Below are positions 27,742 through 37,322 of a DNA stretch of 64,000 nucleotides, one piece after another. This DNA is from Candidatus Gottesmanbacteria bacterium. Lineage in GTDB: Bacteria > Patescibacteriota > Microgenomatia > UBA10105 > UBA927. Under the pieces are notes generated by a model that saw only the letters and a list, made by a program, of their open reading frames with translations, did no database searches and had not been told where the DNA came from. The position numbers and the translations under genes are program-made. The stretch is taken from contig JAUXTO010000030.1 in assembly GCA_030679255.1 (NCBI GenBank), positions 3,420-67,419 on the forward strand, in the 5' to 3' direction. Within the stretch, counting starts at the first letter, position 1. The number at the start of each line of letters is the position of its first letter.

Positions 27742-27990
27742 ATGAAAGATACCCTCCTTTTTCTCGTGGCCTCAATTGTGGATCATCCCGATGACGTATC
27801 CGTCATCGAAGAGATCAATGAAGATCGTACGATTCTTCGCCTAACCTGCCACCCTGAAGACATGGGTAAAGTCATCGGAAAAAGCGGCCGGATCATCCGG
27901 GCAATCCGGGATCTGGTCAAACTCATCGCGGCCAAACGCGGAGTATACGCCGATGTGGAGTTAGTAGAAAATAATCCAATAAAGGAATAA
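27742..27990 (+). CDS. KH-domain RNA-binding protein (YlqC/UPF0109 family)
   Basis: VIGKSGRIIRAIRDL is a KH GxxG-type motif. Sits in the canonical position after rpsP. Confidence 0.8.
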   Translation: MKDTLLFLVASIVDHPDDVSVIEEINEDRTILRLTCHPEDMGKVIGKSGRIIRAIRDLVKLIAAKRGVYADVELVENNPIKE

Positions 27991-28073
27991 TAGAATAAAC
28001 AAATAAGAGAATACAAATACTGCAGCTCCATTTGATTATTCCATTATTTCGTTATTCTCTTATTCGTTTATTA
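27975..28073. repeat. family-5 AT-rich interleaved inverted-repeat element (second copy)
   Basis: ggaataat ... aataagagaata ... attattcc ... tattctcttatt (A-B-A'-B' order). Overlaps the stop of the KH gene. Confidence 0.55.
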
Positions 28074-28083
28074 TCCTCCTTGT

Positions 28084-28776
28084 ATGCTCATCACGATCCT
28101 CACCCTCTTCCCTGAAATGTTTATCGGCCCATTCGACTACTCGATCGTCAAGCGCGCGCAGGGTAAAGGAAAGGTAACCATACAAACAATCAATATCCGT
28201 GACTATGCCAATGACGCATATAAATCCGTTGACGACCGCCCCTACGGCGGGGGAGTGGGGATGATTATGAGAGTCGATGTGATCGACCGGGCGCTACAAC
28301 AGACAATAAACAATAAGCAAAAAACAACAACGAAAATAGTTCTTCTTGATCCTCGCGGCACTACCTTCACGCAAGCGAAAGCCAGGACGCTCGCCAAACT
28401 CGACCATCTCGTTCTCATCTGCGGACACTATGAGGGCATTGATGAACGGGTGAAATCGCTCGTCGATGAGTCTCTTTCTATCGGCGATTATGTCCTTACG
28501 GGCGGAGAACTTCCTGCAATGGTCATGACCGATGCAATCGTCCGCCTTCTCCCCGGTGTATTAAAAGAAGGGGTCACTCAATCCGAATCGTATTCATTCG
28601 AAATTCGAAATTCGAAATTCGAAATTCCAATGTTAGAATATCCCCAATACACCCGTCCAGAAGTATACAACGGCATGAAGGTGCCGGAAGTTCTCCTCTC
28701 CGGTAATCATAAAAAAATAGAGCAGTGGAAAAAAGATCACGCTACCGCGAAAAAGGGTCGCGTTTACCGCCCGTAA
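28084..28776 (+). CDS. trmD: tRNA (guanine37-N1)-methyltransferase
   Basis: SPOUT-family TrmD motifs. Contains a (TTCGAAA)x4 tandem in frame at 28598..28625. Confidence 0.9.
   Translation: MLITILTLFPEMFIGPFDYSIVKRAQGKGKVTIQTINIRDYANDAYKSVDDRPYGGGVGMIMRVDVIDRALQQTINNKQKTTTKIVLLDPRGTTFTQAKARTLAKLDHLVLICGHYEGIDERVKSLVDESLSIGDYVLTGGELPAMVMTDAIVRLLPGVLKEGVTQSESYSFEIRNSKFEIPMLEYPQYTRPEVYNGMKVPEVLLSGNHKKIEQWKKDHATAKKGRVYRP
28598..28625. repeat. heptamer micro-tandem repeat (TTCGAAA)x4 inside trmD
   Basis: ttcgaaattcgaaattcgaaattcgaaa encodes FEIRNSKFEI. Confidence 0.65.
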
Positions 28777-29482
28777 CTGGCGTGAGAGATTCTGTGAAAC
28801 CCCCAGATACATCCGGATATTGGATGATTTTAGCAAGAATTGCTTCTTCTTTTTGAGAAAGCGGGGTAACCTGCGCCTGTATGCTCCCGACTTTCGTCGG
28901 CAATGGTTGATAGAAAGCAGTAAGGGCAAGCCGCACCTGGGTGACTCCTGTGGCGCTTATGGATATATCAAAATTCGTCACGTCAAATATCCTCCGGATA
29001 GCATTAATTTTTCCGACAAAACCCCTGATCTGATCGTACGTTCCGGATGCGGTAAGCACAAACGGGAGCGCACTGGCACCAATCTTTTTTTCTGACGCGC
29101 TCTGCCGGATAGTGGCAGACATACTTGCGAGTGTTCCGGGGCTTGCGAGACTCAAGTCAATGATACTGACCCCGGTCTGTTGAGAGAGTCCCTCGATAGT
29201 GCTAAAAACCGTCGGTACGGACTTTTCCTGAGGTACTGCCGACACAAGAAGAATAAGCCTATCTCGGATATCCTCCTCGTTGAGGGCCACAAGAAGCGCA
29301 AGTTTACCCTGAAGCGCACCCACATCCCTCTCTACCGCTTTGAGACTATCATAGAGATCGCCGGTTGCCCGGATGCCGGGAATGACCGCAAATACCAGGG
29401 CAAGCGTCCCAAAAAACAAAATGACTCCGGATATCACAAATCCCTGATATGTACGTAAAAATCTTCTGATATATCGATCCAT
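28742..29482 (-). CDS. pilO: type IV pilus assembly protein PilO-like
   Basis: N-terminal TM helix plus coiled coil. Sits downstream of pilM-pilN in the same operon orientation. Confidence 0.5.
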   Translation of the reverse strand: MDRYIRRFLRTYQGFVISGVILFFGTLALVFAVIPGIRATGDLYDSLKAVERDVGALQGKLALLVALNEEDIRDRLILLVSAVPQEKSVPTVFSTIEGLSQQTGVSIIDLSLASPGTLASMSATIRQSASEKKIGASALPFVLTASGTYDQIRGFVGKINAIRRIFDVTNFDISISATGVTQVRLALTAFYQPLPTKVGSIQAQVTPLSQKEEAILAKIIQYPDVSGGFTESLTPVTGGKRDPFSR

Positions 29483-29483
29483 A

Positions 29484-30029
29484 TTAAAATATCGGTGTAA
29501 AGATCAGTGATACTTTTACCACACCATCCTTCTGGTACTGCACGGATTCAAGAATTGGGTTGGCAATTGTTTTACGGGCTACTTCCGTGAGTACGCGTTC
29601 GACGACACGGAACGTGTCTTCTAGTGTCTTGTTGGTAATACTTAAATTTACTTCATCGTTCTCACCGACGGAAAACGAGGTTCTGGTCCCCGAAGCCGTA
29701 ATACGGTCAATCAAATCCAATACACCGAGCCACGAACGCTGCCCTTCCAGAATCCGACCCGTTATCGCGATCCTATCTTTAAGTGACGCAAAAAGTCCTT
29801 CCTTGCGCAGTTGTCCGCCTATGGCCGTCATAAGGGTCTGTTTTTGCGCGGACATAGCCGCGAATTGACTGCGTAGGATTGCGTAACCTATTCCAAAAAA
29901 TAATCCTGATAACACGAGAACGATGAGAAGGACTATGCTTATGGTGCGCAGTTGCCCATCTATGGCGACCCATTGCGGCGTGAGCATAGTCTTGGCTTTT
30001 AGAAGATTAATATCGGAGGATTTTGCCAT
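29484..30029 (-). CDS. pilN: type IV pilus assembly protein PilN-like
   Basis: MAKSSDINLL start, single TM, ~180 aa. Follows pilM. Confidence 0.55.
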   Translation of the reverse strand: MAKSSDINLLKAKTMLTPQWVAIDGQLRTISIVLLIVLVLSGLFFGIGYAILRSQFAAMSAQKQTLMTAIGGQLRKEGLFASLKDRIAITGRILEGQRSWLGVLDLIDRITASGTRTSFSVGENDEVNLSITNKTLEDTFRVVERVLTEVARKTIANPILESVQYQKDGVVKVSLIFTPIF

Positions 30030-30054
30030 ACATGTACCCGATTCACGATCGCTT

Positions 30055-31074
30055 TCATCGAAACGCAAGTCCCACAGCAACACTAAATACCGGTCCCTCG
30101 GCGTCGAGCACATGAAATCGGGGATCGCGCACAATCCCTATCCATGGATTGGCCAACTGCACCTCTATACCAAGTTTTTCAGCCATATAGACGACCATAC
30201 CGGGAACTTTAGCCGTGCCTCCCGATATGATTGCCACGCCGATATTTTCCTCTTTATATTTTTCCTGATAATAAGCAACCGCCCGCTTCATTTCGTTGAT
30301 GATCGTATCCATGATGGGGGAGACGGCCGTCAACAATTTTCCTTCAAGTTTATCTTTTTCTATGCCGTATGTTTTCTTAAATTCCTCTGCTTGAGAAATT
30401 TCAAACCCAAATGCTTGAGCAACAGCCCGGGAGAGCGCTTCTCCTCCGGAACTAATCGACCGCGTGAAAGAAAAAATACCATTCCGTAAGATGGCCAGAT
30501 CCGTCGTCTGGGCGCCCAGACTCACGATCATAACCGTCCGCACAGAACTTGTGGACCGGATAAGCGACCGGGATGCGGCGATGATCTCCGTCTCGACGGC
30601 GACAGGAGTCAATTCCGCGAGCTCCAGTATCGTGACATATTTTTCCACAAGCGTCTTTGGGCTGGCGACCAGCAATACATCCATTTTATTTGTTCCGGTT
30701 TCGCGGGCCTCCCGAAGGATCGTAAAGTCGACCGTCACCTGATCCAATGGCAGGGGAATATACTGTTCCGCTTCCCATTTTATGGCGCTCGTCAATTCCC
30801 GGTCGGATAGCTGCGGCACTTCAATAACCCGGGTAAATACCTGAGACTCGGGGAGAGCGATATTCACATTTTTCGTGATTGCACCCGTTTCTTTCCATAA
30901 CTTTTTTACCACAGAGGCAATACTCTCCAAATCTTCCGGATTGACGGCGAGCAGTGCTTTGGGTGGGGTGGGAATGGATCCGGCAGCCATAAGCACCGCC
31001 TCATCTTTGCGGCGGCCTATTTCCACGAGTTTAATGCTATGCGATCCGATGTCCAATCCAATAATTGAATCCAT
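30055..31074 (-). CDS. pilM: type IV pilus assembly ATPase-fold protein PilM
   Basis: Actin-like ATPase with IIGLDIGSHSIKLVE N-terminus, 339 aa. Confidence 0.85.
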   Translation of the reverse strand: MDSIIGLDIGSHSIKLVEIGRRKDEAVLMAAGSIPTPPKALLAVNPEDLESIASVVKKLWKETGAITKNVNIALPESQVFTRVIEVPQLSDRELTSAIKWEAEQYIPLPLDQVTVDFTILREARETGTNKMDVLLVASPKTLVEKYVTILELAELTPVAVETEIIAASRSLIRSTSSVRTVMIVSLGAQTTDLAILRNGIFSFTRSISSGGEALSRAVAQAFGFEISQAEEFKKTYGIEKDKLEGKLLTAVSPIMDTIINEMKRAVAYYQEKYKEENIGVAIISGGTAKVPGMVVYMAEKLGIEVQLANPWIGIVRDPRFHVLDAEGPVFSVAVGLAFR

Positions 31075-31080
31075 ATGGGA

Positions 31081-31926
31081 TTAATGTCCAAACGATCCTT
31101 GGCTATAGATGACGGAATCAAAGACTGAAGGCGGGGAACGATACTGTTGATAGACGACGATTTTACGGGTAATTCCATTTCCGCTCGTTCCTGTAGATTC
31201 TAATTTGCTTCCCTGTAGGGCAAGCGCGCTTGTGGTATTGACCGCAATGGAAGCGTCTGCATAAAGTGGGACGATGCGGACCATGAGGAGAGTATCAGAC
31301 GCCGGCACGACAGCCGGGGTAAACGAACCAAACGTGATGGTTTGTTTATACGTTGTACCCGTTCCCGCACCGCATCCTCCCGTGCTTGCCGTCACACCGG
31401 AAAATTTATTCGTAAGCGCGCGGGTACTATCGGAATCATACGATCCCCGTGCCATCCGATAGAGTCCCCCAGCAGTCTTATAGACAATTGCGACACTCAA
31501 TGCAGGCGTGACACTCTCCTGACTCCAACATACATCGATCGTCGGGCTGGTATACGTGGGAGTTTCTATGAGCGTACCATCAGCGTTGTGATTGACGAGC
31601 CACAAGGTCTCCGTCGTCCCACGGCTAACCTTTTTGGGAAACACGTACGCTCCGAGAGCGCCTCCAATATCTGCTTTTGCCACTGCATACGTTACTCCCG
31701 CGGTGAGCACTTGAGCACCACTAGTTCCAACTCCAGTTTTGAGTGCTTCCTCAATACCAGCCTCTGCGGCGCTGAATGCGCGGGAAGATTCCGTAATTTG
31801 ATTGCTGATGGCCACATCAGTCGTCGACCTACCGATGAGGGAGAGGGCAATCGTGGTAGCAATGGACAACACCAATAAACTGATGAGAACAATTTGTCCG
31901 GATTGACGCGTTTGCGTTTTGTTCAT
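31081..31926 (-). CDS. pilus-associated protein with PilX-like N-terminal TM segment
   Basis: RQSGQIVLISLLVLSIATTIALSLI resembles the PilX_N hydrophobic segment, with no GF prepilin cleavage site. The rest is Ser/Thr/Gly-rich. Confidence 0.4.
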   Translation of the reverse strand: MNKTQTRQSGQIVLISLLVLSIATTIALSLIGRSTTDVAISNQITESSRAFSAAEAGIEEALKTGVGTSGAQVLTAGVTYAVAKADIGGALGAYVFPKKVSRGTTETLWLVNHNADGTLIETPTYTSPTIDVCWSQESVTPALSVAIVYKTAGGLYRMARGSYDSDSTRALTNKFSGVTASTGGCGAGTGTTYKQTITFGSFTPAVVPASDTLLMVRIVPLYADASIAVNTTSALALQGSKLESTGTSGNGITRKIVVYQQYRSPPSVFDSVIYSQGSFGH

Positions 31927-31970
31927 AGATATATCTATTGTAGTCAGAATCGGAAATTGATTGCAAGAGC

Positions 31971-32510
31971 TTATTGACTCCGGATCCCTATACTGGTCTG
32001 AAACGTCGTACTTGCTTTTTCAAACTGATCGACTGGCGTGCCCTTTTGAGATACTTGAAACGAAACTTTAAGACTTCGGGGTACTTGGGCTATCGCGGTA
32101 CAATAAAATACAAGCGAATCCGTATCGCACGATGTGCCGCCAAGCGTCACGGCATTACTCGTGAGATATTCGGTGGCTGATGCGCTCACCGATGCCAGTC
32201 GAGAGATCGATCCGTCCATTTGACACATAAACGTCGTCGTCAGCCCATCAGGATTGACAATCGCGGCGCTCAGGGTTGCGACACTCCCGTCACTTGAACA
32301 CGTTGCCGTCAGTGTGCGGGCGTTACGGATCATCCGATCCATGACAGCCAACGTATATTCACCGTTTTGTTTCACATCAGTCATCCGCTCAACTTTGGTA
32401 TTACTTCGCGACGTCGTAAAAAATGCTTGTGCCAGGAGCACGCCCAACCCCGATACGATCGCGACCGATACCAGAAGTTCTATGAGTGTAAACCCTTTAT
32501 TTTTTTTCAT
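31971..32510 (-). CDS. prepilin-type N-terminal cleavage/methylation domain protein (minor pilin-like)
   Basis: KGFTLIELLVSVAIV class III signal peptide. Confidence 0.8.
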   Translation of the reverse strand: MKKNKGFTLIELLVSVAIVSGLGVLLAQAFFTTSRSNTKVERMTDVKQNGEYTLAVMDRMIRNARTLTATCSSDGSVATLSAAIVNPDGLTTTFMCQMDGSISRLASVSASATEYLTSNAVTLGGTSCDTDSLVFYCTAIAQVPRSLKVSFQVSQKGTPVDQFEKASTTFQTSIGIRSQ

Positions 32511-32511
32511 A

Positions 32512-32970
32512 TCATTTCCATTGCGTAAAATAGGTGGTGACGGGCACGGTAAATGTTTTATTTCCGTCTATCCATGACACGACGACGTCGACCTTCATTT
32601 TCTTATCAATCTCGATCCAGGTCAAGGTCACTGTCCTTGTATAAACAGTATCAATATTCGTACTACAAGAGCCGGACATCGCCGTCCATACACCAGCTTT
32701 ATTCAAGCACCACGAGAGAGGGGAGACCCCGCCATAGGTAAAAAATGTCGTCCACCCGCTATCCCGGAGGTTCCGGGTAACCTCTATAGCCTCCTGAGCG
32801 TATTGGACAGCCTGGCTGCGGGCTTTTCCATATTGAGATGCCTTAAGAGTCACACTCGTGCCAAAAATAAGCCCGGTGACGAGAAGCACGACAACGCCGA
32901 TAGCGACCACCACCTCAGCGAGCGTCTGCCCGGATTGATATTCAGAATGGTTATGTTGATTCTTTTTCAC
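32512..32970 (-). CDS. pilin-like protein with non-canonical prepilin signal
   Basis: SGQTLAEVVVAIGVVVLLV resembles a pseudopilin GxTLxE N-terminus. Confidence 0.5.
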   Translation of the reverse strand: MKKNQHNHSEYQSGQTLAEVVVAIGVVVLLVTGLIFGTSVTLKASQYGKARSQAVQYAQEAIEVTRNLRDSGWTTFFTYGGVSPLSWCLNKAGVWTAMSGSCSTNIDTVYTRTVTLTWIEIDKKMKVDVVVSWIDGNKTFTVPVTTYFTQWK

Positions 32971-32992
32971 TTTGTTACTTTGTTACTTTGTT

Positions 32993-33466
32993 TTACTGTA
33001 CAAGGGTCACTTCACTCATATCGCCGCTTTTCATAACCGTAAACCGGAGGGTTTGGGATGCTCCGACGATAGTGACCGTCACATCGCTATCAGCTCCCTG
33101 CGTCAGTACGCGAAAAAGCATGTCCGCAGGAACCGGGGAAAATGTATTGCCGCTTTCGAGTGTGTAGGTTTGTGCGCTTCCAGCAGGACCGTCAGAACAC
33201 TGTGCTTGAATGGCGTACGTATTGGAGGTGAAACTCACCCGATATCCCAACAATTGAGTACAACCATTCCCTGGTTTATCCCCATTATACGCCCGGGATT
33301 GGGCAAGCCGGAGATTGTTTTTGACCGTGAGCACTGCCGATCTGGTCTTCTGCGCGTCATTGTAGGTATTGTAGTTGACGATCACTCCGCCCGTGATAAG
33401 CATCACAATGGCTACAGAAACCAAAAGTTCGATGAGGGTGAACCCATTAGGGGCTTTTTGCGCCAT
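32993..33466 (-). CDS. prepilin-type N-terminal cleavage/methylation domain protein
   Basis: NGFTLIELLVSVAIV. Confidence 0.8.
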   Translation of the reverse strand: MAQKAPNGFTLIELLVSVAIVMLITGGVIVNYNTYNDAQKTRSAVLTVKNNLRLAQSRAYNGDKPGNGCTQLLGYRVSFTSNTYAIQAQCSDGPAGSAQTYTLESGNTFSPVPADMLFRVLTQGADSDVTVTIVGASQTLRFTVMKSGDMSEVTLVQ

Positions 33467-33896
33467 AATTGTGACTATTCGTTGTATCAGGTGTACACGT
33501 ATCTGCAGGGTTTACTTCCGATTCAATAAGCGCGCTCATACAATATCCGTAATAATTGCCTCCTGATGGATTTGCGGGTTGATAGCGATAGGTTTGGGTG
33601 GATTTGGGATCTGATGGGATAGCAGGAAGATAACTACTCACCAATGTTGTGCTCAGGCATGAAGCATCATTCCAACTTGGTGACACATTCGCGCAGCCCT
33701 GGGAGGAACCAGGGTAATACCCCGTATCGGCCCTGTACATCTCGAGCCCACTACGCAATTGCTCAATATCTCCCTTTCGTTTTGCGTCCCGTGACCGTTT
33801 ATTCACAGATCCGTACGATACGACACCGATCGAAATAAGAATAGCAATGATAGACACAGCGATAAGTAATTCAATGAGGGTAAATCCTTTTTTCAT
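33447..33896 (-). CDS. type IV pilin (GspG/PilA-like)
   Basis: MKKGFTLIELLIAVSIIAILISIGV plus a C-terminal Cys pair. Confidence 0.8.
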   Translation of the reverse strand: MKKGFTLIELLIAVSIIAILISIGVVSYGSVNKRSRDAKRKGDIEQLRSGLEMYRADTGYYPGSSQGCANVSPSWNDASCLSTTLVSSYLPAIPSDPKSTQTYRYQPANPSGGNYYGYCMSALIESEVNPADTCTPDTTNSHNYGAKSP

Positions 33897-33900
33897 AATC

Positions 33901-34305
33901 TTACTGAACATTTTTTACACAATATCTTCCAACATATCCGGTAGTCAATGTGTCGGAGACATCGCAACCCGCTACGCTATTTGTTTCACCCTCAAGTTCC
34001 GCGCATACGCAATAAATCGAACTCGTACAATCATTATCTTCCACATAGGTAGTACTTTTCTTGGGATCAGTGGGCAAACCGTTGGGTAAATAACTTGTCC
34101 CCGGAGAACAATTTGAAGGGTATGATCCACCAAAATCTGCGTTATATTGTTCCATTGCGCTTTGAATCGCTTTCAGATCACTTTTTCTCCGGCTATCCCT
34201 GGTTTTTTTCTGTGCCGTGGTGTATGCAAATGTCGCAATCGAAACGAGTATGCCGATGACGGCAATGACAATGAGTAACTCGATAAGCGTAAATCCACGT
34301 TTCAT
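33901..34305 (-). CDS. type IV pilin
   Basis: MKRGFTLIELLIVIAVIGILVSIA. Its ATG overlaps the pilD stop as ATGA. The track ORF's upstream extension to 34608 overlaps pilD and is discounted. Confidence 0.8.
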   Translation of the reverse strand: MKRGFTLIELLIVIAVIGILVSIATFAYTTAQKKTRDSRRKSDLKAIQSAMEQYNADFGGSYPSNCSPGTSYLPNGLPTDPKKSTTYVEDNDCTSSIYCVCAELEGETNSVAGCDVSDTLTTGYVGRYCVKNVQ

Positions 34306-35033
34306 AGTATATTCATCCACCATTGGATTAATTGCTTCCCCCAACCCAAAGCGATGATCGTTCCCAACACAAGAAACGGACCAAACGCAATGTGTGCGCG
34401 GAGCTGGGTTTTGCCCGTTAAAATAAGTATGACACCCACTACCGCACCCGTCAAGAATGCGAGGTAGGAAGCGACTATAATATTTGGAAAACCAAGAAGT
34501 AATCCCATCAGAAACGCAAATTTCACATCCCCCAGTCCCATACCTTTTCCGCGTGTCACAAGCCATAAAAGGAAAAAAAATCCTCCCGCGCCAAGAGCCG
34601 ATAGCCACAAGGCCTGGCCTTGAAGGAGGACGCCGACTATCCCAATGATGACCATGCTATCCGGAATGATCTGGTATTTAAAATCAGCAACGAAGATCAC
34701 CAGCAGTGAACAAAAAAACAGCAGCCATCCCACCAAAGCCAGGCTTTGGGGAAATTCTAAAGCCTGGCTTTGAAGATAAACAAATCCCACAGCCGTCACC
34801 AATTCCACCACCGGATACTGCCAGAATAATTTTTCATGACATCTCCGGCATCGACCACGTTGGAGAAAAAAAGAGAGAAGGGGAATGAGCTCATACCACC
34901 GAAGCACTTTTTTACAATGATCGCAAACAGACCGTCCTGTGATCACATCTTCCCCCCGCGGCAGCCGGTCAATGAGGACATTGAGAAACGATCCTACTGC
35001 CAGACCAAAGATAAATACTATCAATTCCATCAT
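34302..35033 (-). CDS. pilD: prepilin peptidase (A24 family, PilD)
   Basis: N-terminal Zn-finger CDHC...CRRCH and polytopic TM domain. Three in-frame family-1-type palindromes (LQSQALEF, PQSLAL, LQGQALWLS). Confidence 0.85.
   Translation of the reverse strand: MMELIVFIFGLAVGSFLNVLIDRLPRGEDVITGRSVCDHCKKVLRWYELIPLLSFFLQRGRCRRCHEKLFWQYPVVELVTAVGFVYLQSQALEFPQSLALVGWLLFFCSLLVIFVADFKYQIIPDSMVIIGIVGVLLQGQALWLSALGAGGFFFLLWLVTRGKGMGLGDVKFAFLMGLLLGFPNIIVASYLAFLTGAVVGVILILTGKTQLRAHIAFGPFLVLGTIIALGWGKQLIQWWMNIL
34604..34627. repeat. family-1 palindrome variant inside pilD
   Basis: agccacaaggcctggccttgaagg. Confidence 0.65.
34734..34775. repeat. two family-1-related palindromes (CCAAAGCCAGGCTTTGG and AAAGCCTGGCTTTGAAG) inside pilD
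   Basis: ccaaagccaggctttgg gga aattc taaagcctggctttgaag. Core AARGCCWGGCYTT shared with GGCACAAGGCCTGGCCTTGAGG. Confidence 0.6.
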
Positions 35034-35066
35034 TTCTTAGTATAATCGCTACATCGGACTATTACT

Positions 35067-37322
35067 ATGAAGATCATCAAGCGATACATCTGGGATATCC
35101 TGGCGCTCACTGCAATAGCAACGGTTATTGGTATTTTTTTCTTCCGCTTCTTTTGGCCGGAACCGCAATTACTCGTTACTCCGGATTTTGGCAGAAGCGA
35201 TGCCTGGCATTTCAGCTTTGCGACGAAATTTGCGCTCTCTGAAAGTCTATCCCGCGGACAACTCCCGCTCTGGGAACCCCGGATGGGAATGGGGTTTCCA
35301 TTGTTTGCTGAAGGCCAAGTAGGCGCGCTCTTTCTCCCCAATCTCCTCCTCATGACTCTCCCGAGTCTGACAGGGTTGAACCCTGTCACCGCTTATAATG
35401 CTACGTACGTTATTCTGTTTCTCACATTGGGGTGGGGGATGTATGCATGGCTTCGCGTCATTGGATGTTCGCGGTTGGCGAGTTTATTCGGGGGGGTAAC
35501 CATCATGTTCTCCGGACAAACCATCCCTCGGCTGCCGCATCATACCCTTCTTCAATCCCTGAGCATGACGCCGATCCTCCTGGCGCTTGCTTATCGCGTT
35601 CTTACGGGAAAAAGTGCTATCTGGATATCCTTATTCGCCCTCGGCTTAAGCCAACAGCTCTTCACCGGGTCGCCGCAACCAGCGCTCCTCACGCTTTTCA
35701 TGATTGGCATATACACCGTCCTGACCTGCTATAGACAGGGTCTCGCCCTGTCACTTAAGCCTGTACTGCGCATACTATTGAGTATACTACTGGCTATCGG
35801 CATGTCTGCTATTCAACTATTGCCATCAGCTGAAATGCTCTCCCAATCCACATCCCCCCAGGGTTTTTCGCCGGAAGAGGCAAGCTATTATTCTCTTCCG
35901 CTCGTTCATCTGAAAACACTTGTGAGCCCGTTCATCCTGGGTAACCCCAAAAACGGAACATACCCACCATTTACCACATTTGACGGGAGTATTTTTTGGG
36001 AAAATAACCTGTACATCGGATGGCTACCATTCATTCTCGCGATCTTCGGCATTATTAGCCTCGCAAGGCAGTGCCTTGTAGCCTCGCAAGGCAGTGCCTT
36101 AAAAAATAAATATCTACCCATTTTTTTTCTCGTAACACTTATCGCATCATTCCTCCTTATGCTCGGAAAGTATTCTCCCGTTTATCTCGTCTATTCCGTC
36201 TGGCCGCTCAATCTTTTTCGGGTTCCATCCAGGTTTGCCTGGATATTCCTCATGACCATCGTATCTGCTTCTGCGTGGGTTATAACGCAAATGACCGGAA
36301 GGACCGGAAGATGGAATAAACTCTTTTCTGTGATCGTGAGCATTGTGGTCGGCATTCATGCGTATCAACTCATGGGTACCTGGTGGGACTATCACGCAAT
36401 CGCATCGGCACGTCTCTGGCTCGCCGCATCACCATTGATGAAAAAAATACAAGCTACCAAGGGCCCGGTCCGCACGATCGGCGTGGAACTCGTCCACAAC
36501 AAACAATTTCTCAAAACGGGGTGGACTCCCAATGCCGACACCTATCGATTCCTCACAAACGTTCCTTCTCCCAATGGCAATATCTACTGGAATATAACCC
36601 AGTCGGATGTCTATGCCGGCCGATTTCTCAAACGGTCATCTCTCGTAGAATCACTCTTAGGATCAGAATTAAAATCATCGGAAACCGTGGCAACAATAAG
36701 TGCCACGGCCAAACGCCTGCTTGATCTTTATCATGGCAATATCCTCGTGAGTACAATTCCCTTAGATATAAAAAATCCACTCTCAACGCTCGACGCGACC
36801 ACAAGCGCTGGGGTCACCATCACGGCGTATCGCAACGCGCAAGCGCTGCCCAGGGCCTATCTTGCCACACAAACAGTATTTACCCCGACTCTTTCCAAAG
36901 CTGCCGATACTCTGGCAAATCAATCGTTTATACCGGGAGTAAGCGTTCTCATCCACGACCAATCGCTTGTGCTGAATTCCGGAAATGATGAAGAAGGAGG
37001 AACGGTCAACATTACGCAGGATACACCGACGCGCGTCATGATGACGGCCAATGTCTCGGCGCCGCAAGCTATTCTCGTCTTTGGTGATACCTCTTATCCG
37101 GGGTGGAGGGCATCGATCAATGGAATGCAAACTCCGATCTATCCCGTCAACATCAAGGAGCGGGGAATTCTACTCACAAAAGGCAACCATGAAATAATTT
37201 GGACTTATGAACCCCTGGCATTTATCTTCGGCGCACGGATTTCGCTCGTGACCCTCATCCTGACTATTGCCCTCCCAATGGTATTTCCTCTTTTTGCCGC
37301 GCGGCTTCGTACATCCGCATAA
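35067..37322 (+). CDS. large polytopic membrane protein, YfhO-like (putative glycosyltransferase)
   Basis: 751 aa, >12 predicted TM helices, then a large extracytoplasmic C-terminal domain. Two family-2 palindromes in frame at 35368 and 35734. Confidence 0.4.
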   Translation: MKIIKRYIWDILALTAIATVIGIFFFRFFWPEPQLLVTPDFGRSDAWHFSFATKFALSESLSRGQLPLWEPRMGMGFPLFAEGQVGALFLPNLLLMTLPSLTGLNPVTAYNATYVILFLTLGWGMYAWLRVIGCSRLASLFGGVTIMFSGQTIPRLPHHTLLQSLSMTPILLALAYRVLTGKSAIWISLFALGLSQQLFTGSPQPALLTLFMIGIYTVLTCYRQGLALSLKPVLRILLSILLAIGMSAIQLLPSAEMLSQSTSPQGFSPEEASYYSLPLVHLKTLVSPFILGNPKNGTYPPFTTFDGSIFWENNLYIGWLPFILAIFGIISLARQCLVASQGSALKNKYLPIFFLVTLIASFLLMLGKYSPVYLVYSVWPLNLFRVPSRFAWIFLMTIVSASAWVITQMTGRTGRWNKLFSVIVSIVVGIHAYQLMGTWWDYHAIASARLWLAASPLMKKIQATKGPVRTIGVELVHNKQFLKTGWTPNADTYRFLTNVPSPNGNIYWNITQSDVYAGRFLKRSSLVESLLGSELKSSETVATISATAKRLLDLYHGNILVSTIPLDIKNPLSTLDATTSAGVTITAYRNAQALPRAYLATQTVFTPTLSKAADTLANQSFIPGVSVLIHDQSLVLNSGNDEEGGTVNITQDTPTRVMMTANVSAPQAILVFGDTSYPGWRASINGMQTPIYPVNIKERGILLTKGNHEIIWTYEPLAFIFGARISLVTLILTIALPMVFPLFAARLRTSA
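35368..35388. repeat. family-2 palindrome variant (TGACAGGGTTGAACCCTGTCA)
   Basis: Encodes LTGLNPVT inside the YfhO-like CDS. Confidence 0.7.
35734..35754. repeat. family-2 palindrome
   Basis: agacagggtctcgccctgtca encodes RQGLALSL. Confidence 0.7.

Noticed and set aside
28590-28630. CRISPR array.
   Set aside because: The tandem repeats are 7-9-bp microsatellites with no spacers. No cas genes in the window.
34306-34608. Long N-terminal extension of pilin ORF 33901..34608.
   Set aside because: It overlaps pilD on the same strand in another frame. The prepilin signal MKRGFTLIELL begins at 34305 with an ATGA overlap to the pilD stop.
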